64,000 bases of DNA from Minisyncoccota bacterium (GTDB lineage Bacteria > Patescibacteriota > Minisyncoccia > Phycocordibacterales > JABAAK01): NCBI GenBank assembly GCA_965222235.1, contig OZ244939.1:400107-464106 (forward strand). Direction: 5' to 3'. Below are positions 20,303 to 28,750 of this stretch, one piece after another. Each line of letters opens with the position of its first letter. Position 1 is the first letter of the stretch. Position numbers and translations under genes: made by a program. The notes beneath the pieces were generated by a model. It did no database searches, was not told where the DNA came from, and saw only the letters and a list, made by a program, of their open reading frames with translations.

Positions 20303-21664
20303 GCAAAATGATACTGAACAGGGATCGTGATTCTCCTGAGGATGACCCTGAAAACGGAAAAGAAGGGCGTGAGCCCTTCTCTCCGGTCGGTAGTATGGAA
20401 ATGTATGACCATAACCATGCAAACCAACACTATCAATATACAGGACATTACTAACCTTTTGAACGCATCAGAGAACAGAGAGATTCGGAGAAAAGACACA
20501 AAAGAGGAGATATACCGGTGGATACAGGATACCGTGGTGTCCGTGCGGTACCTGAGACTCGGGAAAAAGGAGAAAGGAAAGGTGCTCAGGTATCTCACTG
20601 TCTACAGTGGGTACAGCACTTCACACATCAAACGACTGGTGCGGCAGTATGCGGAAACAGGGTATGTGCGAATGAAAGGGAGAACCCAACCGATGTTTCC
20701 GGTGATCTACACCGCAGGAGATATCAGGACACTGGCAGAGACTATGGATGCCTACGGGCATCAGAACGGGAAGGCCGTCAGAGAAACTCTTCGGGAGATG
20801 TATGCGATATATGGGGACAATCGATTCGTTCGTCTGCGACATATATCACCAGCGCATATCTACCGGCTGAAGAAGAAAGACGTGTTCAGAGCCTACGCCA
20901 GAACCTTCACGAAAACAAGGAGAACAGCGGTGCCAATCGGTGCGCGGAGGAAACCGTACCCTGCGGGAAAACCTGGATATATACGGGTGGATTCGGTGCA
21001 TCAGGGGGACAAAGAAAAGGAGAAGGGTATATATCATCTTAACCTCGTTGACGAGGTGACTCAATGGGAGGTGGTGTGCTGTGTGGAGGTGATCTCTGAG
21101 CAGTTTCTGCTGCCGGCGCTTGAGGAAGCCTTGGGTTCCTTTCCTTTCCGTCTCCTGAACCTTCATTCAGACAACGGGAGTGAGTATATCAATTACACTG
21201 TTGCCCGTCTGTTGGAGAAGCTGCGGGTGACTCAGAGCAAAGGAAGGTCACGACACTGCAATGACAATGCTCTGGTTGAGGGCAAGAATGCCGCGGTGGT
21301 GCGAAAATACATCGGACACGGGCATATTCCCAAGGACTATGCCTCCGCCATTGCTGTGTTCTACCGTGAACACTTCAATGACTTCCTCAACTTTCACCGT
21401 TGTTGTGCCTTTCCTGAGGAAATGACGCTCCCGAACGGGAAGATCAAAAAGATCTACCGGGAGTACAGAACACCGTGTCAGAAACTCCTCTCTCTGCCGG
21501 ATGCCGGACAGTATCTCAAAGAAGAAGTCACGGTCTCCTCCCTTGAAAAGAAGGCAGGAGAGACCTCACACCTTGCCGCCGCGCAGGCAATGCAGCAGGC
21601 AAAACACCGATTATTCACCTGACAACATATGTTCCATGCTATATTGTGTTTCAGTATCATTTAC
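20303..21664 (+). mobile_element. IS element of about 1.36 kb with an rve-type DDE transposase (IS481/IS3-superfamily-like) and 13-14-bp terminal IRs.
   Basis: AAATGATACTGAA at 20304-20317 matches the reverse complement at 21650-21662 (ttcagtatcattt). It carries a single transposase ORF. It lies between the rpsT and ruvA starts. Confidence 0.55.
20327..21622 (+). CDS. DDE integrase/transposase (rve core).
   Basis: RVDSVHQGD ... LHSDNGSEYIN ... NALVEGKN give the D, D and E catalytic residues with retroviral-integrase-like spacing. Confidence 0.75.
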   Translation: MILLRMTLKTEKKGVSPSLRSVVWKCMTITMQTNTINIQDITNLLNASENREIRRKDTKEEIYRWIQDTVVSVRYLRLGKKEKGKVLRYLTVYSGYSTSHIKRLVRQYAETGYVRMKGRTQPMFPVIYTAGDIRTLAETMDAYGHQNGKAVRETLREMYAIYGDNRFVRLRHISPAHIYRLKKKDVFRAYARTFTKTRRTAVPIGARRKPYPAGKPGYIRVDSVHQGDKEKEKGIYHLNLVDEVTQWEVVCCVEVISEQFLLPALEEALGSFPFRLLNLHSDNGSEYINYTVARLLEKLRVTQSKGRSRHCNDNALVEGKNAAVVRKYIGHGHIPKDYASAIAVFYREHFNDFLNFHRCCAFPEEMTLPNGKIKKIYREYRTPCQKLLSLPDAGQYLKEEVTVSSLEKKAGETSHLAAAQAMQQAKHRLFT

Positions 21665-21707
21665 GGATGAGAAAATACTGCGGAGAACACGGTATACTGA
21701 ATATACT

Positions 21708-22289
21708 ATGATCGGGACACTGACCGGAAAAGCGGAAGATGCGGGAAAAGGCATTATTCTTATTAAAACCGACAGCGGTGTCGGATACATCGCCGGCGTT
21801 TCTGCGACGACAAAAAATACTGCCCTGCAGGAAGAGACCTGTACCCTGTTCACCCACACCGTCATACGAAAAGACACTATGGAATTGTTCGGATTCCTTG
21901 AGCAAGAGGAATACTCAGCGTTTCTGCTGCTGCTGACCGTCTCGGGCATCGGACCGAAAAAGGCGCTCGTGGTGACAGAGCGGGTGCCGGTTCCGGCATT
22001 GCTGCAGGCTATTAAAAAAGAAGATGTTGACACCCTGGTTTCGTTCGGTATAACCAAGAAGGAGGCGCAGCGTATCACACTGGAGCTGCAGCGCAAGATA
22101 GAGATGTCTGAAAACGACATACCCGCTGCCGGAGATGTCGTTCCCGCACTGGTGGCGCTGGGGTATGATAAGAAGGAAATAGCCGAGGCGCTGAAAAACA
22201 CGGTATTGAAGGGGAAAACAACAGAAGAACAAATTCAGGAAACACTGCGGGCAATGCGGAACATGACTCTGCAGACATATGGCAAATAA
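21708..22289 (+). CDS. ruvA: Holliday-junction DNA helicase subunit RuvA.
   Basis: Trimmed to MIGTLTGK. It has the helix-hairpin-helix LLLLTVSGIGPKKAL and the C-terminal domain VALGYDKKEIAEAL. Confidence 0.85.
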   Translation: MIGTLTGKAEDAGKGIILIKTDSGVGYIAGVSATTKNTALQEETCTLFTHTVIRKDTMELFGFLEQEEYSAFLLLLTVSGIGPKKALVVTERVPVPALLQAIKKEDVDTLVSFGITKKEAQRITLELQRKIEMSENDIPAAGDVVPALVALGYDKKEIAEALKNTVLKGKTTEEQIQETLRAMRNMTLQTYGK

Positions 22290-22340
22290 TAGCGGAAGCG
22301 CGCACCATTCACAGAAATCTGTATATAATAGCAATGACCC

Positions 22341-23387
22341 ATGGATATAAAATTTCTCATCACCATATTCCTCCTTTTCACACTGGTCGCCGGTATTATC
22401 ATCATCTACCAGGAAGAAATAATGAAGATGGAATTTCTTGCGCGGCTCCAGACAACACCAATTCCGCAGACAGAACAACCGGTCACGTCTGCGCTTCCCA
22501 AACCGTACGCGCCTCCCGTTCCGAGACCGGATGTGCAGACTTTTTTCTATGATAACCGCGACCTGACTTTCGGAGAAGGACAGATCACCGATGTGCGGGC
22601 CAAAGGCATCAAAAAAATTGAACCGGGAAAGATACTCCATGTCATCACAAGCGGTGTCAGTAACTATTACGCCCGGGGGTTTCTTGAAGAAGCGGAGCGA
22701 TTGTATGAGCCGTCGCCACATGCCGGATCAATTGTGTTCCACAACCGTACATCCGGCATAAAAGAATCAGAGCCGGAAAGAGAATATTTTGTTCTTCTGG
22801 TGTCAAGCGCTCTGCCGGAGCCGATTGATATAACGGGGTGGAAAGTGTTTGATAAGAATAAAAAAATATCCTACTCCCTGCCGAAGGGAATAAAGGTGTT
22901 GGGAACCGGAGGAATCCAAAAGGCGGTGCCAATACGGGTTGGGGCCGGAAACACTGTTATCATCTCCTCAGGCAGATCGCCGGTGGGTTCGTCATTCCGA
23001 ATTAATAAATGTTCCGGATACCGATCGCAATTCAAAAACTTTACGCCCACAATTAAAACACAGTGTCCGAAACCGCTGGATGAATTCATATCGTTCGGCT
23101 CTGTGCCGTACACCGATAACAAATGTTTTGACATAGTGAACCGTATGGGAACATGCACAACAGTAACGGACATACCGACCGGTATCTCAGACAAGTGCCA
23201 CGAACTTCTGGAAAATGTAATAACTGAAAGCGGTTGTGTGGGAATACACAGGAACGATTCTGATTTCTTTTCATCTGAGTGGCGCCTTTTTCTCGGATCA
23301 CAAAGGGGTCTCTGGAGAAATGAAGACAATGTGCTGTATCTTCTTGATAAAGAAAGGCGTCTTGTAACAACATTGGTATACAGTTAA
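22341..23387 (+). CDS. Membrane-anchored secreted protein with a lamin-tail-domain (LTD)-like segment.
   Basis: N-terminal TM helix. EYFVLLVSSALPEPIDITGWKVFDKNKKISYSLPKGIKVLGTGGIQKAVPIRVGAGNTVIISSG resembles LTD. The C-terminal part is Cys-rich. Confidence 0.45.
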   Translation: MDIKFLITIFLLFTLVAGIIIIYQEEIMKMEFLARLQTTPIPQTEQPVTSALPKPYAPPVPRPDVQTFFYDNRDLTFGEGQITDVRAKGIKKIEPGKILHVITSGVSNYYARGFLEEAERLYEPSPHAGSIVFHNRTSGIKESEPEREYFVLLVSSALPEPIDITGWKVFDKNKKISYSLPKGIKVLGTGGIQKAVPIRVGAGNTVIISSGRSPVGSSFRINKCSGYRSQFKNFTPTIKTQCPKPLDEFISFGSVPYTDNKCFDIVNRMGTCTTVTDIPTGISDKCHELLENVITESGCVGIHRNDSDFFSSEWRLFLGSQRGLWRNEDNVLYLLDKERRLVTTLVYS

Positions 23388-23414
23388 TGGCTAAGATGCT
23401 ACCATACCCCCAAA

Positions 23415-23487
23415 CCGCCCATAGCTCAGTTGGTAGAGCAACGGCCTTTTAAGCCGGGGGTCCCAGGTTCGAGCCCTGGTGGGCGGA
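23415..23487 (+). tRNA. tRNA-Lys (TTT).
   Basis: ccgcccatagctcagttggtagagcaacggccttTTTaagccgggggtcccaggttcgagccctggtgggcgga. Acceptor ccgccca/tgggcgg, T-arm ccaggttcgagccctgg. The first anticodon-stem pair is mismatched and the 5-prime end is an unusual C1. Confidence 0.7.
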
Positions 23488-24966
23488 CTTTCCAGTACAA
23501 GCAAAGACACATTCACTATCGCTCGTGTGGCTGTCTTGGTCCGCGCGCCCGCAGGGCGCGCGGTAGAGGGTTTTCCACGCGCCGCGGGGCGCAAAGGTCA
23601 CACCGGTGTCGGCGAGTCGGCGGTTCAAGCCAACCTCTTTGAAAAAATCCGCCAAATCGGCAGGGTCGGTGCTATCAGTAACATTTCGCATTGCAGTTGC
23701 TTGCTCAATCACCAAAAGTGCCGGTTCAAGCCACGAATCATCATCGCCCGAGACACTCCGCAGTTTCTCCTTGATATCCATCTTTTTACCAAGTAGGATA
23801 TTTTTCTTGGCAATGTATTCTTCACGGGTGATATCACCAGAAAGAGACATATCAAGAAGATGGTCCATCTGCCCCTCAAACGCCCGCAAATCAGCGCGGA
23901 GTGTCTCGGTGCGACTTACTCCCGCCTGAGCGTCTGCATTGTACAAATCGTAAAGTTCATCTGAAATTCCACCAGCTTCGGCGGGAGTAAGGGAAACTTT
24001 TTGTAGTGCTGAGCGAACCTCCTCGTCAATTCTCTCACTGCGAACATATTTACCCGCACACTTCCCTTTTTTCTTAGTGCAGTGATAGTAGGTATGCCCT
24101 TTTTGAATTGATGAGGTGATGGAACAGCCACAATGCGCGCAGACAAGCATCTGGCGGAACGGATACCGCGCCGGGTCATGCTGCCGCACTTCCCGTCCCC
24201 GCTGTTCCATAATCGCTCGGCACTGATCAAAAAGTTTCTTGGTGATAAGTGGCGTATGCGCACCCTCGTGGGTTTCGCCGCCCCACGCTACCAAACCGTA
24301 ATATATCGGATTGTTAAGTATCCAGTGAACATTGCTCGCCGGAGTAAGATTGCCACGCCTGTTTTTAAATCTGAGAGACCGAAAGGTGAACTTACCGGTG
24401 GCATATTTTTCAAAAAGCGAAACCACGAGGGGTGCATACTCGGGGTCGGGGTCTATAGTATTCGTGTTGCGGTTATTTATATACCCGAAAGGTGCTCGTG
24501 ACGGGTGGATACCCCGCCGCGCCTTATTCCTCATACCACGGCGAACATTCTCGCTGAGGTTGTCTACATAGAGTTTGCTCTGACCGAATGCGAGGGTGAG
24601 GCAGAAAATACCGTGTGGTGTATTTTCAAAAGTGTAAGTCGGAAAACGCAGAGCAGCACCGCGTTGCTCCACCAATTCAACCAGTTTTGCGCCGTCCGTC
24701 ATATTGCGGGCAAGTCGGTCCGGATGCCAGGATAAAATGCCTTCCGCCTCACCCAGGGCGATGCGACCGAGCATCGCCTCAAAAACTTTTCTCCCGGGTT
24801 GCTTGGCGGATTGTTTCTCCGTCAAAACCTCAGTCACACTGACACCATTCTTGCGAGCGAAAGCGCGCAACTCTGCAATCTGATCGGGTATACTCTGCAC
24901 CTGTTTGTCTCTGTCATCAGTGCTTTTGCGAGCATATATAAAAAGTTTTTGCAAGCGTTCGGTCAT
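23449..24966 (-). CDS. Large serine recombinase (resolvase-type catalytic domain, recombinase domain, zinc ribbon).
   Basis: Trimmed to MTERLQKLFIYARKSTDDRDKQVQSIPDQ (catalytic Ser in YARKST). The zinc ribbon is CAHCGCSIT...YYHCTKK...C. The ORF 3-prime end runs 39 bp into tRNA-Lys on the antisense strand. Confidence 0.85.
   Translation of the reverse strand: MTERLQKLFIYARKSTDDRDKQVQSIPDQIAELRAFARKNGVSVTEVLTEKQSAKQPGRKVFEAMLGRIALGEAEGILSWHPDRLARNMTDGAKLVELVEQRGAALRFPTYTFENTPHGIFCLTLAFGQSKLYVDNLSENVRRGMRNKARRGIHPSRAPFGYINNRNTNTIDPDPEYAPLVVSLFEKYATGKFTFRSLRFKNRRGNLTPASNVHWILNNPIYYGLVAWGGETHEGAHTPLITKKLFDQCRAIMEQRGREVRQHDPARYPFRQMLVCAHCGCSITSSIQKGHTYYHCTKKKGKCAGKYVRSERIDEEVRSALQKVSLTPAEAGGISDELYDLYNADAQAGVSRTETLRADLRAFEGQMDHLLDMSLSGDITREEYIAKKNILLGKKMDIKEKLRSVSGDDDSWLEPALLVIEQATAMRNVTDSTDPADLADFFKEVGLNRRLADTGVTFAPRGAWKTLYRAPCGRADQDSHTSDSECVFACTGKSAHQGSNLGPPA
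23488..23629. repeat. 142-bp perfect inverted repeat, left copy. It encodes the last ~49 codons of the recombinase and contains the palindromes ccgcgcgcccgcagggcgcgcgg and gacaccggtgtc.
   Basis: The reverse complement of 25058-25199 is identical by eye. Confidence 0.85.
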
Positions 24967-25057
24967 AGTAAACGAATTGTACCATACCGACCCCGAACAA
25001 AATAAAGTACAAAGCACCGCCCTGCCAAAATAAAAAGTTTTTTAAAAAGTGGATGGT

Positions 25058-25476
25058 CTTGAACCGCCGACTCGCCGACACCGGTGTGACCTTTGCGCCC
25101 CGCGGCGCGTGGAAAACCCTCTACCGCGCGCCCTGCGGGCGCGCGGACCAAGACAGCCACACGAGCGATAGTGAATGTGTCTTTGCTTGTACTGGAAAGT
25201 CCTCTGAACAAGTAGCACTTGAACTCAAAAAACATTTTACCGAAGACACCTCGCACGCTCCACCCGCCCCGTAACTTTAATCCCAAAAGTGCCGCCAGAC
25301 AATCGCTCCGCTTACTACGGGCTCATGCTCGCAGGCTCACACCAGCCCTCCGTGCGCTCCGCTCCCGCGCCAATCACGCCGGCAGATTCTTTTTCAATTC
25401 AGCCCGCCGCCCAACCCCGCGTGCTCGCCGTTGCACCGTGTCGGGTCGGATATGGGAGTGGACGGGTGGTTTCTGA
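25058..25476. repeat. Right inverted copy of the recombinase 3-prime cassette (25058-25199) plus a 277-bp downstream segment (25200-25476). The downstream segment recurs inverted at 31401-31676.
   Basis: The plus-strand ORF 25053-25274 encodes the same C-terminal peptide as the recombinase. The ORFs 25219-25476 and 31403-31657 encode identical 85-aa stretches. Confidence 0.8.
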
Positions 25477-25514
25477 GTGCACAATAAAGACACGACAGCA
25501 CGCGAACAAACAGC

Positions 25515-25620
25515 AAAAGGATCTGCCGGCGTGATGGGGCGGGAGAACTATATGCAATCCGCCATCTTTCCTGCTTGCAAATGCTTGCGGAAAAGGCGGA
25601 TTTCCTTTATCCGACACAGG
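25515..25620 (+). repeat. Roughly 105-bp direct repeat R1 (partner at 26145-26250) with an internal imperfect hairpin and a GCTTGC-N5-GCTTGC direct repeat.
   Basis: The two copies align at about 85% identity. Confidence 0.7.
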
Positions 25621-25647
25621 GTGTCACAAGATGTACAATGGTTTTAT

Positions 25648-26142
25648 ATGACACAAAACAGTAACGGGTCAGACAAGGAAAATCAGGAAAATGCCCGAAA
25701 TAATTATTTGGAGGCAGGAAAGAGCGCAAATCAATTGCTAATTCCCGTGTTGATTGCTGTGCTTGGTCCTACCATCGCATCTCCAGATCTTTTATACCCG
25801 GCCGCACTTATTCTTTTTCTTTCTATAATATCTCTAATTATTCATAAAATGAGACAGATGTGTTTCTTTATGGATGAAAAAAACGGCGGAAAACAATATG
25901 AAGAAAGAGAGAGATTTATCAAAAACATTCCTTGCTTTTTGTTTAGTTTTTATCTGCTCGTCATATTGACTTTTGTATTTCTGTCATATACCATCCTTAC
26001 TATGAATGAAGATCAGAAAGATTTCAAGCCGGAAAGGAGAAATTCTCCGACTCACGAAAGGGATTTTAAACCAAACAAATCGGCACCTAATACCACACCA
26101 CCTACCCCAAGTCCTCAACCCAAGCCGAAAGAAAGTCAATAA
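25648..26142 (+). CDS. Small membrane protein (2-3 TM helices) with a Pro/Thr-rich tail.
   Basis: Trimmed to MTQNSNGSDKENQ. It has hydrophobic helices and AT-rich codon usage typical of the island. Confidence 0.4.
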   Translation: MTQNSNGSDKENQENARNNYLEAGKSANQLLIPVLIAVLGPTIASPDLLYPAALILFLSIISLIIHKMRQMCFFMDEKNGGKQYEERERFIKNIPCFLFSFYLLVILTFVFLSYTILTMNEDQKDFKPERRNSPTHERDFKPNKSAPNTTPPTPSPQPKPKESQ

Positions 26143-26144
26143 GG

Positions 26145-26250
26145 GGAAAAGAATCTGCTGGTGTGATAGCAAGGGAGAACTATGCGTAATCCGCCATCTT
26201 TCCCGCTTGCAGACGCTTGCGGAAAGGGCAGATTTCCTTGTCCTGCTTGA
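26145..26250 (+). repeat. Direct repeat R2, the partner of R1.
   Basis: See R1. Confidence 0.7.
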
Positions 26251-26312
26251 TTTTATATTTATATATGTGAATAACTAAAATTGAAAGATTTTTTACTAGT
26301 ATTATGATAGTA

Positions 26313-27256
26313 ATGAGTGAGAAACATAAGGTTGTTTCGTTGTTTTCTGGTTGTGGGGGTCTTGATTTAGGTATTTTGGGAGGATTCACGGTATTCAAGA
26401 AAAAATACCAAAAACGAAAATTTGATATTGTCTGGGCAAATGATTTTGACAAGAATGCTTGTGAAACATTTAAAAAAATATAGGAGATCACATTGTTTGT
26501 GGGGATATAGCTAAACTTCTGCAAAATAAAAAAGAATTTTTAAAATTTGACAATATAGATGTGGTGATAGGCGGTTTTCCATGCCAAGATTTTAGTATCG
26601 CAGGAAAAAGAAAGGGAACACAAACAAAAAGAGGTAAACTATATAAAAGTTTTATTGAGGTTGTTGAATTATTACAACCAAAAATTTTTTTAGCCGAGAA
26701 TGTGAAAGGGATTTTATCTATAAAAAGCGGTTCTGTGATTAAAAAAATTATATCTGATTTTGAAAAAATCGGTTACAAGGTCGAGTATAAGTTGTTTCAT
26801 GTCGCTGATTTCGGAATTCCCCAAAATAGGGAGAGGGTTTTAATGGTCGGAGTTAAAAACGGAGCTGGAAATTTTATTTTTCCAAAACCAAAAACTAAAA
26901 AGAGGCTCTCAGTTGGTCAAGTAATACAAGATTTAGAACACTTACCGGAAGGTGCTATTCACAATCACTTTTGGAGTAAAGCAAGAAAGAATAGTGGACA
27001 GGGAAATACTCGTATTAATAAAAATAAAATTGCTCCGACAATGCGCGCCGAGCATCACGGAAATATAGAATACCATTGGAATAAGAGGAGGAGGTTGTCC
27101 GCAAGAGAGGCTGCAAGGATTCAATCGTTCCCTGATAACTTTATTTTTTACCCATCAACTTCCCAAGCATACAGGCAAATTGGAAACGCTGTTCCACCAG
27201 TGATGGGTTGGCATATGGCGAAAGCGATGGAGAATTTTTTTGAGAGGTCTCTATGA
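26313..27256 (+). pseudogene. DNA (cytosine-5)-methyltransferase (Dcm-type) interrupted by a -1 frameshift in an A7 tract at 26471-26477.
   Basis: The N-terminal ORF MSEKHKVVSLFSGCGGLDLG carries motif I and stops at TAG at 26478-26480. Motif IV GGFPCQDFS, motif VI ENV and motif X QIGNAVPP continue in the +1 frame (track ORF 26561-27256). One extra A restores a single ORF of about 314 aa. Confidence 0.75.
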
Positions 27257-27921
27257 TTTATGCGACAGAAAAGAACGCAACAGAAAAAGATTTTCTCTCC
27301 CTACTTGAAGAATCAAAAAACCTTCTTTTAAAAAATATAGCCACTAACAAAAATTATCAACCATTAGATTTTGAAACCTTTGTTTATGAGACGATGCGCA
27401 ATGTGGCAAAAGAAACAGTATTTGAGGGAACTATTGAACGAACTGGAAAATTTGGCTTTCCTGATGTTTTGGCAAATAGATACTTTGGGGTTGAAGTAAA
27501 GATGACAAAACAAGATAAGTGGACATCAATTGGAAACAGCATATTTGAAACATCCAGAGTTGATGATGTGGAAAGAATATTTATTCTCTTTGGAAAATTT
27601 GGCGGTAATTTTGATGCGCGTTATAAGGCATATCAAGATTGTTTACCATCAATTAAAGTGACACACTCCCCCAGATATGTTATTGACATGGAATTATCGG
27701 TCAACGAATCAATATTTGAAAAAATAGGAACTGATTATGAATCTTTCAGAAAAGATGAAAACAAGGTTCATTTAATTAAGACATATTACAAAAAGCAATT
27801 AAAAGATGGAGAGGAATTATGGTGGATGGATGAATCTCAAGAAAAAAGTGTTGCGCCAATTATTCGCTCATTTCAAAATCTTGAAGAAAAAGAAAAGAGG
27901 GTTTTGTTGTTGAGAGTGTGA
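27253..27921 (+). CDS. Candidate type II restriction endonuclease (PD-(D/E)xK).
   Basis: FGFPDVLANRYFGVEVKMTK gives D..E-x-K. The start overlaps the methyltransferase stop (ATGA). It has the island's low GC. Confidence 0.45.
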   Translation: MIYATEKNATEKDFLSLLEESKNLLLKNIATNKNYQPLDFETFVYETMRNVAKETVFEGTIERTGKFGFPDVLANRYFGVEVKMTKQDKWTSIGNSIFETSRVDDVERIFILFGKFGGNFDARYKAYQDCLPSIKVTHSPRYVIDMELSVNESIFEKIGTDYESFRKDENKVHLIKTYYKKQLKDGEELWWMDESQEKSVAPIIRSFQNLEEKEKRVLLLRV

Positions 27922-28055
27922 TTTTATTTCCAGAAATTTTTGGCAGTAGCAGATTAAAATTTGAACGGGCGGCAATTTATCTGGTCACTGAATACAATAC
28001 TGTTTGCTCTAACCTGAGAGATATTTTTACTGCGGGCGGGTAAGAGGATGTTAAT

Positions 28056-28319
28056 ATGGCAAAGGAAAGATATTGTGTTCCACATATTTACTCTGAAATG
28101 CATAAGAGGGCGAAAATAATAGAAGAAAGAATAAAAGAAATGAATAGTGAAACTCTTTTATATTATTGGCGCATTGGTCATCTAAGTAAGGATAGGGTAT
28201 CTCAATGGAAACTCCTTTTAGAAAAAAATACAAAGTCATCAATTTCCTCCGAGCGGATTAAAGATAAACCGCAAAAGATATCAATAACAGATATTTTTGA
28301 AAGTGGTTTAAATATTTAA
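28056..28319 (+). CDS. Hypothetical 87-aa protein.
   Basis: ORF between the REase candidate and vsr; no recognisable family. Confidence 0.3.
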   Translation: MAKERYCVPHIYSEMHKRAKIIEERIKEMNSETLLYYWRIGHLSKDRVSQWKLLLEKNTKSSISSERIKDKPQKISITDIFESGLNI

Positions 28320-28321
28320 AT

Positions 28322-28750
28322 ATGGCGGATAAATATACGAAAGAACAGAGATACATTATGATGTCGTCTGTTAAAAGTAGAAATAACAAAAGCACAGAAC
28401 TTGTTTTTATCTCTTTGCTCCGCACAAATAAAATAACAGGATGGCGAAGACATTATCCGATAGAGGGAACGCCTGATTTTGTTTTTCCAAAAGAAAAGAT
28501 CGCAGTATTCATTGATGGTTGTTTTTGGCATAAGTGTCCGAAGTGTTACAGAAGGCCGAAATCAAATAAAGCGTATTGGGACCAAAAAGTGGAAGACAAT
28601 CAAAGAAGAGACGCAGCAAAGAGAAGGTCCTTGCGCAAACAGGGGTGGCATGTTGTTCGCATCTGGGAACATGAATTAAGCGGGAATAACAGATCTATAA
28701 TTAAAAGGCTTCAGAAAATATTTCCGGCACATTATGATTCTATCGCTTGA
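28322..28750 (+). CDS. vsr: Very-short-patch repair endonuclease.
   Basis: It has FIDGCFWHKCPKCY and TPDFVFPKEKIAVF, the Vsr catalytic and Zn motifs. 142 aa. Confidence 0.85.
   Translation: MADKYTKEQRYIMMSSVKSRNNKSTELVFISLLRTNKITGWRRHYPIEGTPDFVFPKEKIAVFIDGCFWHKCPKCYRRPKSNKAYWDQKVEDNQRRDAAKRRSLRKQGWHVVRIWEHELSGNNRSIIKRLQKIFPAHYDSIA

Noticed and set aside
23484-23500. GGAAAGTCC (the RNase P RNA CR-I-like 9-mer) inside the recombinase cassette repeats.
   Set aside because: The downstream GGGC of the RNase P P4 element is absent, and no other RNase P RNA conserved regions are nearby. The 9-mer is a coincidence within coding sequence.
25219-25476. Arg/Pro-rich ORFs 25219-25476 (85 aa) and 31061-31657 (198 aa) inside the recombinase-cassette repeats.
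   Set aside because: They are identical only because the DNA repeat is identical. The peptides are extremely Arg/Pro/Ala-rich and low-complexity, with no start context. They are treated as translation of GC-rich non-coding repeat, antisense to the conserved module in the B copy.
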